DNA of 64,000 nt from Pseudomonadota bacterium (GCA_021325135.1 JAJPHT010000036.1:32001-96000), one strand, 5' to 3'; counted from the first letter of the stretch, positions 24,719 to 35,338 are shown. Numbers and translations are program-made. The notes: generated by a model not told the origin, from the sequence alone.

Positions 24719-26920
24719 ATGGCCAAGGAGCGGAAGGACGGACGCGGAGCGGCGGAAGGACCCAAGGCGCGCGTGGCGGAGTCGCGCCCCGGAGAGGCGG
24801 GGCGGGGCCTCGTGCGGCTGGACCCCAAGCTGGCGGAGGCGCTGGGCGTCGAGCCCGGGGACGTCGTCCTCATCCACGGCAAGAAGACGACCGCGGCGCG
24901 CGTGTGGCCCGGGCTCCCGGAGGACCGCGGCCGCGGCGTCGTGCGCATGGACGGCATCCTAAGGCACAACGCGGGCGTAGGCACCGAGGACACGGTCACG
25001 CTCTCGCGCACCGAGGCGCGCCCCGCGCAGGCCGTGGGCCTCGCGCCCACCGAGCCGCTGCGCATCGTGGGCGGCGAGCAGTACCTCAAGCAGGTGCTCG
25101 AAGGGCGCGCGCTCCACCGCGGCGACCTCATCCCCCTGGGCATCATGGGGCGGCGCGTCGACCTCGTCGTCACCGCGCTGCGGCCCCAGGCGGACGTGGC
25201 CATCATGGGCCCCGAGACGGCGCTGAGCCTGGACGAGGAGCCGCCGCGCGACGTCGAGCAGGCCGGCGCGGGCGTGCGCTACGAGGACATCGGCGGCCTG
25301 GGCGAGGAGCTGACGCGCATCCGCGAGATGATCGAGCTTCCGCTGCGGCACCCCGAGATCTTCGAGCGCCTGGGCGTCGAGGCCCCCAAGGGCGTGCTGC
25401 TCCACGGGCCTCCGGGCACCGGCAAGACGCTCATCGCCAAGGCCGTCGCCAACGAGAGCGGGGCGCAGTTCTTCCAGATCGCGGGCCCCGAGATCATGAG
25501 CAAGTTCTACGGCGAGAGCGAGGAGCGCCTCCGCCAGATGTTCGAGGAGGCCGAGAAGGGCGCGCCCAGCATCGTGTTCATCGACGAGCTTGACAGCATC
25601 GCGCCCAAGCGCGAGGAGGTGACGGGCGAGGTGGAGCGCCGCGTCGTCGCGCAGCTGCTCACGCTCATGGACGGCCTCAAGGGCCGCGGGAAGGTCGTCG
25701 TCATCGGCGCGACCAACCGGCCCAACGCGCTGGACCCCGCGCTGAGGAGGCCGGGCCGGTTCGACCGCGAGATCGTGATCGGCGTCCCCGACCGCGACGG
25801 CCGCATGGAGATTCTCCAGATCCACACGCGCGGCATGCCGCTGGCGAAGGACGTGGAGCTTCCGCTCCTGGCGGACAACACGCACGGCTTCGTGGGCGCG
25901 GACCTCGCCGCCCTGGCCAAGGAGGCCGCCATGCGCGCGGTGCGCCGCATCCTGCCCGACCTGGACCTGGAGGCGGAGGCGATCCCGGGCGAGGTGCTGG
26001 AGAAGCTGGAGGTCACCATGGAGGACTTCACCGAGGCGTTCCGCGAGATGGAGCCCAGCGCGCTGCGCGAGGTGCTCGTGCAGACGCCCAACGTGAAGTG
26101 GGACCAGGTGGGCGGCGCGGAGGAGGCGAAGCGCCAGCTCCAGCAGGCCGTCGAGTGGCCCCTCAAGTACCGCCTGCTCTTCAGCCACCTGCGCACGAAG
26201 CCGCCCCGCGGCGTGCTGCTCCACGGCCCGCCCGGCACCGGGAAGACGCTGCTCGCGAAGGCCGTCGCCACCGAGTCCAAGGCCAACTTCATCGCGGTGA
26301 AGGGGCCTGAGTTCCTCAGCAAGTGGGTGGGCGAGAGCGAGCGCGCGGTGCGCGAGGTGTTCCGCAAGGCCCGCGAGGCGGCGCCCACGATCCTCTTCTT
26401 CGACGAGATCGACAGCATCGTCCCCGCGCGCGGCCGCGGCTCGGACAGCCAGGTCACGGAGCGCATCGTGAGCAGCCTCCTCAACGAGATGGACGGCATC
26501 GAGCCGCTGCACGGCGTGACGGTGCTCGCGGCGACGAACCGCGCCGACCTGCTGGACCCCGCCCTCCTGAGGCCCGGCCGCTTCGACCGCATCGTGGAGG
26601 TGGGCATGCCCGAGGAGAAGGCGCGCCTGGAGATCCTCAACATCCACGCGCGCGGCCGGCCGCTGGGCGACGACGTGAGCCTGGAGGCGCTGGCCCGGGA
26701 CACGGAGGGCCTCTCCGGCGCGCAGATCGAGGCCCTCGTGGAGAACGCCTCGCTCCTGGCCCTGGAGGACTACCTCGCCCACGGCGGCGACCCCGCCGAC
26801 GAGGCGAAGGTCCAGGGCGTGCGCATCGAGGACACGCACATGCGCCGCGCCCTGGTGGACGTGAAGCGCGAGGCGGAGGGGCCCGCGAGCCGGTACGCGA
26901 CCGGCGTGCCCTACGCTTGA
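24719..26920 (+). CDS. cdc48: Cdc48/VAT family AAA+ ATPase
   Basis: N-domain plus two AAA modules (GPPGTGKT twice, DE.DSI, RPGRFDR twice); C-terminal PYA. Confidence 0.96.
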   Translation: MAKERKDGRGAAEGPKARVAESRPGEAGRGLVRLDPKLAEALGVEPGDVVLIHGKKTTAARVWPGLPEDRGRGVVRMDGILRHNAGVGTEDTVTLSRTEARPAQAVGLAPTEPLRIVGGEQYLKQVLEGRALHRGDLIPLGIMGRRVDLVVTALRPQADVAIMGPETALSLDEEPPRDVEQAGAGVRYEDIGGLGEELTRIREMIELPLRHPEIFERLGVEAPKGVLLHGPPGTGKTLIAKAVANESGAQFFQIAGPEIMSKFYGESEERLRQMFEEAEKGAPSIVFIDELDSIAPKREEVTGEVERRVVAQLLTLMDGLKGRGKVVVIGATNRPNALDPALRRPGRFDREIVIGVPDRDGRMEILQIHTRGMPLAKDVELPLLADNTHGFVGADLAALAKEAAMRAVRRILPDLDLEAEAIPGEVLEKLEVTMEDFTEAFREMEPSALREVLVQTPNVKWDQVGGAEEAKRQLQQAVEWPLKYRLLFSHLRTKPPRGVLLHGPPGTGKTLLAKAVATESKANFIAVKGPEFLSKWVGESERAVREVFRKAREAAPTILFFDEIDSIVPARGRGSDSQVTERIVSSLLNEMDGIEPLHGVTVLAATNRADLLDPALLRPGRFDRIVEVGMPEEKARLEILNIHARGRPLGDDVSLEALARDTEGLSGAQIEALVENASLLALEDYLAHGGDPADEAKVQGVRIEDTHMRRALVDVKREAEGPASRYATGVPYA

Positions 26921-26952
26921 GTGGGCGCGCCCGTGCTGGGCCCCTGCTCGTG

Positions 26953-27074
26953 TCGCTGGGGCTCCGCCCCACCATCCCCGAATCTCCGAATCGCCGAATC
27001 CCCGGCGTTGGTTCGGTGGTTCCCGTGGTCCGGTGGTTTGGCGGGGGGGGGAAAGGGGGCGGAGCCCCCAGCGA
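26953..27074. repeat. Composite intergenic element: inverted GGGGCGGAGCCCC ends enclosing 8-bp tandem units
   Basis: TCGCTGGGGCTCCGCCCC ... GGGGGCGGAGCCCCCAGCGA; inside (NNCCGAAT)3 and CCCGTGGTCCGGTGGTT identical to P1 copy 3. Confidence 0.65.
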
Positions 27075-27242
27075 AAGCGAGAAGGAGCCGGACACCAAGC
27101 CCAGCGCAAGCATGGACTTATGTAGGAGGTCCATCTTCGGCCGCCTGACCAGCTGCTCCTGACCGGCCCGCGTGTCTTCGTCCCGCGTGTTCGTCGTGTG
27201 TAGGGCCTCCGCGGGAAACGCCGGTCGAGGAATTGCATTCGC

Positions 27243-28862
27243 ATGGTCAAGTTCGACTCCTTCAGCCTCAGCGAGCCCGTCCTCCGCGCCCTCTCCGACA
27301 TGGGCTTCGAGGAGGCCTCCCCCATCCAGGCCGCCATCGTCCCCACGCTCCTTGCGGGCAAGGACGCCATCGGCCAGGCGCAGACCGGCACCGGCAAGAC
27401 GGCCGCCTTCGGCATCCCCCTGGTCGAGGCCGCCATCAAGGGCGTGCCCGGCCTCGTGCTGGCGCCCACGCGCGAGCTGGCGCAGCAGGTCTGCGCCGAA
27501 TTGGACCGCATCGGCCAGCACGCGGGCATCAAGGCGCTGGCGCTCTACGGCGGCGCCGCGTTCGGGCCCCAGGCGCGCGCCATCCAGAGCGGCGACTACA
27601 GCATCCTCGTCGCGACGCCGGGCCGCCTGCGCGACCACATCGAGCGCGGCACCCTGGCGCCCGAGAGCGCGGGCATCGTCGTCCTCGACGAGGCCGACGA
27701 GATGCTGGACATGGGCTTCCTGGAGGAGGTCGAGGCGATCCTGGAGGCCGTAGGCCCCCAGCGCCAGACGCTCCTCTTCAGCGCGACCATGCCCGAGCCC
27801 ATCGTGGCCCTGGCGGACCGCTTCCTCAAGGACCCCGAGATCGTGAGCGTCGCGGGCGAGAACCGCAGCGTCGCCACGGCGAACACGACGCAGTACGCCG
27901 TCGCCGTGCAGCACCACGAGAAGCTCGACGCCCTCGTGCGCATCCTCACCGCCGAGCGCCCCACGGGCGCGCTCATCTTCCGCCACACGCGCGAGACGGT
28001 GGACGAGCTGGTCATGCAGCTTCGCGGCAAGGGCATCCGCGCCGAGGCGCTCCACGGCGGGATGGTCCAGAGCCTCCGCGAGGCCGTGCTGGACCGCCTG
28101 CGCCAGGGCGAGACCAAGGTGCTCGTCGCGACCAACGTCGCCGCGCGCGGCCTGGACGTCGACACCCTCAGCCACGTCGTCAACTACGACGCGCCCCGCG
28201 AGGCCGAGGCCTACGTCCACCGCATCGGGCGCACGGGCCGCGCCGGCCGCGAGGGGAGGAGCTTCCTCTTCGTGACGCCCGGCGACCGCGGCCGCCTGCG
28301 CGGCATCGAGCGCGCCCTGGGCGGCCGCCTGGAGTGGTTCGAGGCGCCCTCCGACGAGCAGGTCCGCGAGGCGGTGCGCGCCAACACCGAGCAGTGGCTC
28401 GCCGAGCAGACGCTCCAGACCGCCGAGGACCACCTGCGCATCGTGGACGGCCTCGTGGAGAAGGGCGCCAACCCCCGCGTGCTTGCCGCGAAGCTCCTGG
28501 GCCTCCTGGCCCGGCACGAGGGGCTCGTCGCCCCCCCGCTGGAGCCGCGCCGCGCGCCCCGCCCCGCCTCCCCCCGCCGCGAGTTCGCCGGCGCGCACGT
28601 TGCCGTGGCCTTGAACGTCGGCCGCGAGGACGGCGTGCGGCCCGCCGACATCGTGGGCGCCTTCGCCAACGAGGGCGGGCTCACGGGCGGCGAGATCGGC
28701 CGCATCGACATCCTGGCGCGCATGAGCGTCGTCGAGGTGCCCTCCGACCGCGTCGAGGAGGTCGCCGAGGCGATGCGGAGCACGACCATCCGGGGCAGGG
28801 CGCTTCAGATGCGGCCCGCCGAGCGCTGGCAGTTCCGCGCGCCCCCCAAGGCCATGAGGTAG
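27243..28862 (+). CDS. deaD: DEAD-box RNA helicase (DeaD/CsdA type) with DbpA-like RNA-binding domain
   Basis: AQTGTGKT, PTRELA, DEAD, SAT, HRIGRTGRAG, C-terminal GREDGVRPADIVGA. Confidence 0.93.
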   Translation: MVKFDSFSLSEPVLRALSDMGFEEASPIQAAIVPTLLAGKDAIGQAQTGTGKTAAFGIPLVEAAIKGVPGLVLAPTRELAQQVCAELDRIGQHAGIKALALYGGAAFGPQARAIQSGDYSILVATPGRLRDHIERGTLAPESAGIVVLDEADEMLDMGFLEEVEAILEAVGPQRQTLLFSATMPEPIVALADRFLKDPEIVSVAGENRSVATANTTQYAVAVQHHEKLDALVRILTAERPTGALIFRHTRETVDELVMQLRGKGIRAEALHGGMVQSLREAVLDRLRQGETKVLVATNVAARGLDVDTLSHVVNYDAPREAEAYVHRIGRTGRAGREGRSFLFVTPGDRGRLRGIERALGGRLEWFEAPSDEQVREAVRANTEQWLAEQTLQTAEDHLRIVDGLVEKGANPRVLAAKLLGLLARHEGLVAPPLEPRRAPRPASPRREFAGAHVAVALNVGREDGVRPADIVGAFANEGGLTGGEIGRIDILARMSVVEVPSDRVEEVAEAMRSTTIRGRALQMRPAERWQFRAPPKAMR

Positions 28863-29068
28863 ACTGTTATCCCGCCACCCCTAACAAGGGTGGACTGTTA
28901 CGCCCCTCGCGGGGCGTTTCACAATCTTCCATCGATACTGCTTTCTCTGCCTTGGCGTGTAACAGCGTGGCCCCCCGCTGTGCGGCCGGGCTCCCCGGGC
29001 GTTGCCTCTGTTCCGGGGGGCCCGGCGGCACCCGCCACGGCTAAGCTCCGCGTCGTCCAATCCTGGCC

Positions 29069-30640
29069 ATGAGCGCCACGCCCTACCTCCCGGCCGAGCC
29101 GGCGGCCGGCGAGAACTGGCTCCGCGACGACCCCGCGCTGCGGCGCGTCCTGGCCACCCGCGCGCCCCCCGCCGCGCGCAAGGACCTGGAGGCGCGCCTG
29201 GACGCCCTGGGCGCCGTCGCGCCCCGGGAGATCGACCCCCTGGCCCGCGCCGCCGACGCGCGCCCCCCTCGCCTGGAGGGCAACGAGGTCGTCCTCACCC
29301 CGGAGTACCGCGAGCTGCAGCGCCTCGCCCGCGAGCACGAGGTCTTCACCCTGGCCTGGCGCGAGGGGCCCGCCAAGGGCTCGCGCCTCGCGACGCTCCT
29401 CCTGGGCTACCTCTACGGCCAGGCCGAGTGCGGCTACTACTGCCCGGCGTGCATGACCGACGGCGCCGCCTTCGTGCTGGACCGCCAGGGCGGGCACGAG
29501 GAGGTCGTGCGCCGGCTCGTGCAGCGCGGCGTCGAGGGCGCCTACGAGGGCGCGATGCTCCTCACCGAGCCCCAGGGGGGCAGCGACGTGGCGGCCACCG
29601 CGACGCGCGCCGAGAAGGGGGCCGAGGGCGGGTGGCGCCTCACCGGCCACAAGTGGTTCGCCAGCAACGCCAACGCGGAGGTCATCCTCACCCTCGCCCG
29701 CATGCCGGACGCGCCCGCGGGCACGCGCGGGCTGGGCCTCTTCCTCGTGCTGGCGAAGGGCAACCCGGGCGTCCGCCGCGTCGCGCTCAAGGAGAAGCTG
29801 GGCGTGCGCAGCATGGCGACGGCGGAGGTCCACCTCGAAGCCGCGCCCGCGCTCCTCGTGGCCGGCGAGGGGGAGGGCTTCAAGGCCATGGCGGAGATGG
29901 TCAACCTCTCGCGCCTCTACAACTCCGTCGCCAGCGTCGCCATCGCGCGGCGCGCGCTGCGCGAGGCGCAGAAGAACGGCCTCTGGCGGCGCGCCTTCGG
30001 CAAGCCCCTCTCCGAGCAGCCGCTCTACCGCGCCATGGTCGCCGGCATGGCCAACGACGTGCGCGGCGCGTTCCTCCTGGCCATGGACTGCGCCGAGGCG
30101 TTCGACAAGCAGGACCGCCCCCTCCTGCGCGCGCTCACGCCGCTGGCCAAGGCCGGCACCGCGCGCATGGCGGTGGAGGTCGCCTCCCTCGCGTGCGAAT
30201 CCCTCGGGGGAAACGGCTACGTGCAGCCCTGGGTCACCGAGCGCCTGCTGCGCGACGCGCAGGTGCTCCCCATCTGGGAAGGCACCACCAACGTGCAGGC
30301 CCTGGACTTCCTGCGCGGCATGGCCCGCGAGGGCGCGACCGACGCGCTCGTCCGCGGCTCGCTGCGCCTCTCCCAGGGCAGCGCGGCGCTGGACGACGCG
30401 TGGCGCGACCTCGCGGCCGACGTCGCGCGCCACGGCCCCTCCGAGGACCGCGCCCTCCTCTGGCTGGAACGGTGCTATCACCTGCGCGCGGCGAGCCTGC
30501 TCTGGCGCGACGCCTCCGACGGCGACCCCGCCGCCCGGGCGCACGCCGAGGCGTACCTCGCGAGGCGCGTGCTGCGCGACGACGAGGCGTGGGTCCGCCT
30601 CGCGCGCGAGAAGGGCGCGCTCCTGGCGGGATGGGAGTGA
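29069..30640 (+). CDS. Acyl-CoA dehydrogenase, AidB-like
   Basis: CPACMTDG, LTEPQGGSDV, GHKWF, LKEKLG, LGGNGY, QVLPIWEGTTN. Confidence 0.9.
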   Translation: MSATPYLPAEPAAGENWLRDDPALRRVLATRAPPAARKDLEARLDALGAVAPREIDPLARAADARPPRLEGNEVVLTPEYRELQRLAREHEVFTLAWREGPAKGSRLATLLLGYLYGQAECGYYCPACMTDGAAFVLDRQGGHEEVVRRLVQRGVEGAYEGAMLLTEPQGGSDVAATATRAEKGAEGGWRLTGHKWFASNANAEVILTLARMPDAPAGTRGLGLFLVLAKGNPGVRRVALKEKLGVRSMATAEVHLEAAPALLVAGEGEGFKAMAEMVNLSRLYNSVASVAIARRALREAQKNGLWRRAFGKPLSEQPLYRAMVAGMANDVRGAFLLAMDCAEAFDKQDRPLLRALTPLAKAGTARMAVEVASLACESLGGNGYVQPWVTERLLRDAQVLPIWEGTTNVQALDFLRGMAREGATDALVRGSLRLSQGSAALDDAWRDLAADVARHGPSEDRALLWLERCYHLRAASLLWRDASDGDPAARAHAEAYLARRVLRDDEAWVRLAREKGALLAGWE

Positions 30641-30722
30641 ATCGCGCCCCCGGAAAGGTACAAATAGGGATTCCCCTTTCTCGCCGTGCTCCCCGGGGGT
30701 TTCCCCGAGTGGTTTGCGTTCA

Positions 30723-30797
30723 GGGCCCGTAGCTTAGTCCGGCTTGAGCATCCGGCTGATAACCGGAAGGTCCGCGGTTCGAATCCGCGCGGGCCCA
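30723..30797 (+). tRNA. tRNA-Ile (GAT)
   Basis: GGGCCCG/CGGGCCC acceptor, anticodon loop CTGATAA, GGTTCGAATCC, followed by a T-tract; no CCA. Confidence 0.95.
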
Positions 30798-30853
30798 CTT
30801 TTTCGCCGAGCGGAGCGAAGGCGAAGAAAGGGGCGCTTCGGCTTCCTGTCCGC

Positions 30854-31036
30854 TCACTCGCGGTCCTTGAAGCTCTCCTTCATGTCGCCCACGGCGTTCT
30901 TGGCCTCGCCGAGGCCCTGCTGGGCCTTGCCCTTGATCTCCTGGCCCTTGTCGCCGCGCAGGTGGCCGACGACCTCGTTGGTCTTGCCCTTGATCTTGTC
31001 CGTCGTGCCCGTGGTCTTCCGGTTCTCGTTCTCCAT
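30854..31036 (-). CDS. CsbD-like general stress protein
   Basis: DKIKGKTNEVVGHLRGD...KGKAQQGLGEAKNAVGD. Confidence 0.85.
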   Translation of the reverse strand: MENENRKTTGTTDKIKGKTNEVVGHLRGDKGQEIKGKAQQGLGEAKNAVGDMKESFKDRE

Positions 31037-31161
31037 GTGAGGTCACACCTGGTGGAGAGGACCGGCAGGCGGCCAGCAAAAAGGGTCTGGCGGCGCGGTC
31101 GATGGGCCCTTCGAAGGGCCGGCCAGAAGCCACCTCACGCGGCAGGCCCAAGACAGGCGCC

Positions 31162-31416
31162 ATGCGAAGCTGGCGGCTCCTCGTCCTCGCGCTCGTCCTC
31201 GTGGCCCCCCTGGCGGCGGCGCAGCCCGCCATGCCCACGGGGAACAACCAGACGGCCCCCAGCCCGTCGACGGGGAACAACGGCTCCGCGGTGGGGCCCA
31301 GCGAGTCGGTGGAGGGCGCGCCGGGCATCGTGTACGGCCTCCTCGTGCTGGCGGGCGTGCTCGCCTTCGCGGGCGTGCTGGGCTACGTGTCGGCGCAGTA
31401 CCGCCGGGGCCGCTAG
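31162..31416 (+). CDS. Small secreted protein with C-terminal membrane anchor
   Basis: Signal peptide, Ser/Thr/Asn linker, TM helix, Arg tail. Confidence 0.6.
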   Translation: MRSWRLLVLALVLVAPLAAAQPAMPTGNNQTAPSPSTGNNGSAVGPSESVEGAPGIVYGLLVLAGVLAFAGVLGYVSAQYRRGR

Positions 31417-31691
31417 GCGCGCAGCAGGAGCCACGCCGCGGCGGCCTGGGCGACGAGGATGCCGCCCAGCGGGAGGAGGAACGCGGCCTTGCGCGTCTTG
31501 TGCCTGGCGAGGAGCATCGCCAGCACGAGGCCCGGGGAGCCCCCGGCCAGCGCCCACGCGAGGAGCGTGCGCTCGCGGACCCGCGCGCCGCCGCGCCGCG
31601 CCTGGGACTTGTCCGCGACCGCCAGGGCGAAGTCCACGAGGGACGCGGCGCCCACCCAGGCCAGGAGGATCGTCGCCAGCGTCGCCGCCAC
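31413..31691 (-). CDS. DUF1294 family membrane protein
   Basis: DKSQARRGGARVRERTLL..ALAGGSPG...RHKTRK. Confidence 0.88.
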   Translation of the reverse strand: MAATLATILLAWVGAASLVDFALAVADKSQARRGGARVRERTLLAWALAGGSPGLVLAMLLARHKTRKAAFLLPLGGILVAQAAAAWLLLRA

Positions 31692-31846
31692 GCGCGGGGA
31701 TGGATTCGGCAGCGTTTTCTACCCTTCCCGCGGAATCCACCGGCATGGATGGGTTGCGCAGCCGAGCGTCCGCCACGCGGCGCCCTGCGTCGCGGAGGGG
31801 ATGAGGCACGGCCATCGACACGCCCATCCTGCTGCAGCTCTTCCTC

Positions 31847-33913
31847 GTGGCCCTGGGCGCCGTCGCGGGCGGCTGGGTCTGCCGGCGCGTGGGCCTCCCC
31901 GAGGTGCTCGGTTACCTGGGCGCGGGCGTCGTGCTGGGCCCCGCGATCCACCCGGCGGGGTTCGTGGACAACGGCCTCATCACCGACCTGCTCTACTTCG
32001 CGGTCGTCTTCCGCATGTTCATCCTGGGGCTCGACTTCGACGCGCGCCGCCTGCGCGGGCGCTGGAAGCCCGCCCTCATGGCCGGCGGCATGGAGATGGC
32101 CCTCTGCACACTGGCGGGCATCGTGCTGGCGCGCATCCTGGGCTGGTCCTTCCTGGAGGGCGCCATCCTGGGCGCGGCGCTGGGCACGACCTCCACGAGC
32201 ATCCTCTCCAAGGCGCTGGCCGACCGCAACCTGAGCACGCGCGAGGACGCGCGGGCCGCGGGCGCCGCGACGCTGGCCGAGGACCTCCTGGCCATGGGCC
32301 TCGTCGCCGGGCTGGGGCTCTACGTGGGCGCGACGCCCCACGGCGTCTTCGACCTCTCGGCCCTCTGGGAGAACGCGGTGGAGATGCTGGTCTTCGCGTC
32401 GCTGGCGTTCACCGCGGGCGCGGTGCTCATGCCCATCGTGCTGGAGCAGCTGGGCCGCTCGCGCTCGGAGGAGCTTCTCACCCTCGCCGTCGTGGGCGTC
32501 CTCTTCGGCTTCGCCGCGCTCTCCGAGTCCCTCCACGCGGGCCGCAACGTGGGCGCCTTCCTCGCGGGCATCGCCGTGGGCGCCGCGCGCCACGCGCCCG
32601 GCGTCTCCGCGCGCATGCTGCCGCTGCGCGACCTCTTCGCCATCACCTCCTACGTCGGCATGGGCCTCGCGCTGGACCCGGCCTACGTGCGCGAGATGCT
32701 CCCCTACGCGCTCCTGGCCGCGCCCGTCTTCGTCGCCATCAAGATGGTGAGCGTCTCGGTGGGCCTGCGCCTGGGCGGCGTCCCCCCGATCACCGCAGCG
32801 CGGGCGGGCGCCATCCTGGGCCAGGCCGGCACCATGGGCATCGTGTTCGCGTGCAGCGCGTTCCTGGGCGACACCGCCAACGACCCCGTCGCCAAGGCCA
32901 CGCTGGGGCGCCTCGCCGCGTTCGCCTTCCTCGCGTGGCTCGTCACCGTCGCGCTCACGGGCCTGCGCCTGCGCTACCTGCCCGACGCCGCCGAGCGCGT
33001 CGCGCGCGTCCTGGGCGCCCGCGACGTCGCCGCGCAGCCGCGCCGCCTGCCCCACGCCATCGACGTCAGCGTCAGGCGCCACGCGCGCGTCGCCATCACC
33101 GCCCTGGGCTGCGCGGTCGCGCTGGCCGCGCTGGCGGGCCTCGCGACGCGCGGCGCGGACCTCTTCCTGGAGGACCGGCTCGTGCTCCCCGCCGCCGTCG
33201 CGACGGGCCTCCTCGCCGCCCTCCTCGCCATCCCCTTCTCGCTCCTCGTCGCCGCCGCCATGCGCGAGGCCGCCCACGACGAGGTGCACCGCGTCGCGCT
33301 GCGCCCCGGGCGCCTCTCCCGCGGAGGGGCCGGCGGCGCGCGCTCCTGGTCCGCCACCGGCAGCGTGCTGGGCCTCGCGGTGGCGCTCGCCGCCGTCTGC
33401 GCCATGGGGTGGGCCGTCGCGTCGCCGCGCGCGCTCCCCTGGCTCCTGGCGGGCGCGGCGCTCGCGGCCGTCGGGCTCATCGCGCGCCTGCCCCTCCTCC
33501 ACGCGCTGGTGGAGCGCTGCCGCGGCCTCCTCGACGCGCGCCCCGCGCCCGACGTGCGCCTCCAGGACTTCCGCGGCGTGAGCCCCTTCGGCTACGAGGT
33601 GGAGGCCGTGCTCGTGCGCGCGGGCACCCGCGCCGCGTGGGCGCGCGTGGGCGACCTGGACCTCAAGCGCCGCAGCGGCGCCTCCCTCGTCGCGCTGCTG
33701 CGCCCCGGCACGCAGACGGCCCTCGCCCTCACCGACGCGACGCCCATCCCGCCGGGCGCCGAGGTCGTCGTGGGCGGCACGGCGGCGCAGATCGTCGCCG
33801 CGAAACGATATCTCCTGGAGCCCGCGCCCTCAGGCCTCGAAGACCGCGCGCCCGCCGAGGATGGTCATCTCGACGCGCACGCCCCCCAGGTCCCCGGCCC
33901 GCGGGTCGCGTGA
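31847..33913 (+). CDS. CPA2 cation:proton antiporter with C-terminal TrkA-C domain (true start possibly ACG at 31808)
   Basis: LPEVLGYLGAGVVLGP, TSTSI, EDL, GAFLAG, PLRDLF; C-terminal VGDLDLKRRSGASLVAL. Confidence 0.88.
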   Translation: MALGAVAGGWVCRRVGLPEVLGYLGAGVVLGPAIHPAGFVDNGLITDLLYFAVVFRMFILGLDFDARRLRGRWKPALMAGGMEMALCTLAGIVLARILGWSFLEGAILGAALGTTSTSILSKALADRNLSTREDARAAGAATLAEDLLAMGLVAGLGLYVGATPHGVFDLSALWENAVEMLVFASLAFTAGAVLMPIVLEQLGRSRSEELLTLAVVGVLFGFAALSESLHAGRNVGAFLAGIAVGAARHAPGVSARMLPLRDLFAITSYVGMGLALDPAYVREMLPYALLAAPVFVAIKMVSVSVGLRLGGVPPITAARAGAILGQAGTMGIVFACSAFLGDTANDPVAKATLGRLAAFAFLAWLVTVALTGLRLRYLPDAAERVARVLGARDVAAQPRRLPHAIDVSVRRHARVAITALGCAVALAALAGLATRGADLFLEDRLVLPAAVATGLLAALLAIPFSLLVAAAMREAAHDEVHRVALRPGRLSRGGAGGARSWSATGSVLGLAVALAAVCAMGWAVASPRALPWLLAGAALAAVGLIARLPLLHALVERCRGLLDARPAPDVRLQDFRGVSPFGYEVEAVLVRAGTRAAWARVGDLDLKRRSGASLVALLRPGTQTALALTDATPIPPGAEVVVGGTAAQIVAAKRYLLEPAPSGLEDRAPAEDGHLDAHAPQVPGPRVA

Positions 33914-35338
33914 GAGCACCACGAGGTCCGCCAGGAGGCCCGGCCGCAGCGAGCCCACCTCGTCCTCGGCGAAGCCCGCGAACGCCGCACCCGCGGTGTA
34001 CGCGTGGATCGCCTTCTCGACGCCCAAGCGCTGGCTGGGCTCGGGCGCCTCCACCGCGCTGCGGATGCCGTAGAGCGGCCCCAGCGGCATGTCGTCGCTT
34101 CCGAAGGCGAGCGGCAGCCCCGTCTCGTGGTAGACCGCGAAGCGGTTGAGCCGCCGCGCGCGCTCCCACCCCAGGCGCCTCTCGTACATCCCCCCCTTGT
34201 GCCCCCACTCGCCGGTGAAGTTGGGCTGCACGCTGGCGACGACGCCCATGGCGGCGGCGCGGCTGACGTCGTGGTCCTCGGCCATCTCGAGGTGCTCGAT
34301 GCGCGCGCGGTCCGCGGGGGTGACGCCCGCAAGCTCGAAGGCGTCCAGCACCCGCTTCGCGGCGCGGTCGCCGATGGCGTGCACCGCCACCTGGAGCCCC
34401 TTCTCCCGCGCGCGCTTCACCAGCGCCTCCAGGCGCCCTTCGCCGTGGATGAGCTGGCCGATCCCCGCCGCGTCCTGGTAGGGGAACGATATCGCGGCGG
34501 ACCGGCTGCCCAGCGAGCCGTCCGCGAAGAGCTTGAGCCCCAGGAGGCGCACCCACGCGTCGCCCAGGCCGCGGCGCGCGCCAAGCTCCACCGCGTGCTC
34601 CAGGTGCTCCTCGTAGACGAAGCACGACGCGCGGACTCCCAGGGCGCCCTGGTCGCGCGCTGCCTGGAGCGCGGCGAAGTCCTCGCCTCCGCACATGACG
34701 TGGCTGCTGGTGACGCCAAGCTCATGGGCGCGGCGCGACGCGGCGGCGACCGCCTTCACCAGCGTCTGGAGCGTCGGCGCGGTGAGCTTCACGAGGGGGT
34801 CGTAGTCCGCCTCCGCGACGAAGGGCCCCTTCGAGGCGACGCCCGCCGCCCGCAGCGCCGCGGTGGTGACGAGCCCCCCGTGCCGGTCCACGCGCGCGAG
34901 GAGGCAGCGGCGTCCGCCCGCGGCCGCGTCAAGCTCCTCCTGGGCGGGCAGCACCGGGTCGCGCCATCGGGTCTCGTCCCACGAGTGCCCGACGATCCAC
35001 CCTTCGGCGGGGGTCATGCGTGCGCGCTCCGTCACCATGGCGAGAAGCTCCCCCTTGTCCTCCACGCGCGAGAGGTCGAGGCGCATGAGGCGAAGGCCGT
35101 AGCTCACGAGGTGGTTGTGCGCGTCCACGAAGCCGGGCACGAGCGCGCGCCCGCGCAGGTCCACGACGCGCGTCGCGGGCCCGCGCATCGCGCGCGCCTC
35201 CGCGCCCAGGGCCGCGATGCGGTCGCCCACCACGGCGAGGGCGTCGCTCTCGGGCCGCGCCGGGTCCTGGGTGAGGACGGGGCCGTCGAGGAAGAGCAGG
35301 TCCGCGTGCACGCCCCGGCCACCTGGCCCGCCGCGCAT
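33830..35338 (-). CDS. Amidohydrolase (YtcJ-like)
   Basis: PGFVDAHNH, KLFADGSLGSR, HAIGDRA, RIEH, FGSD, GLLADLVVL. Confidence 0.92.
   Translation of the reverse strand: MRGGPGGRGVHADLLFLDGPVLTQDPARPESDALAVVGDRIAALGAEARAMRGPATRVVDLRGRALVPGFVDAHNHLVSYGLRLMRLDLSRVEDKGELLAMVTERARMTPAEGWIVGHSWDETRWRDPVLPAQEELDAAAGGRRCLLARVDRHGGLVTTAALRAAGVASKGPFVAEADYDPLVKLTAPTLQTLVKAVAAASRRAHELGVTSSHVMCGGEDFAALQAARDQGALGVRASCFVYEEHLEHAVELGARRGLGDAWVRLLGLKLFADGSLGSRSAAISFPYQDAAGIGQLIHGEGRLEALVKRAREKGLQVAVHAIGDRAAKRVLDAFELAGVTPADRARIEHLEMAEDHDVSRAAAMGVVASVQPNFTGEWGHKGGMYERRLGWERARRLNRFAVYHETGLPLAFGSDDMPLGPLYGIRSAVEAPEPSQRLGVEKAIHAYTAGAAFAGFAEDEVGSLRPGLLADLVVLSRDPRAGDLGGVRVEMTILGGRAVFEA

Noticed and set aside
33830-33913. 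Tail-to-tail overlaps (antiporter/amidohydrolase, GT2/61323 gene, 45917..45942) as antisense regulation
   Set aside because: Short convergent overlaps are expected where stop codons are scarce; the tails look non-conserved
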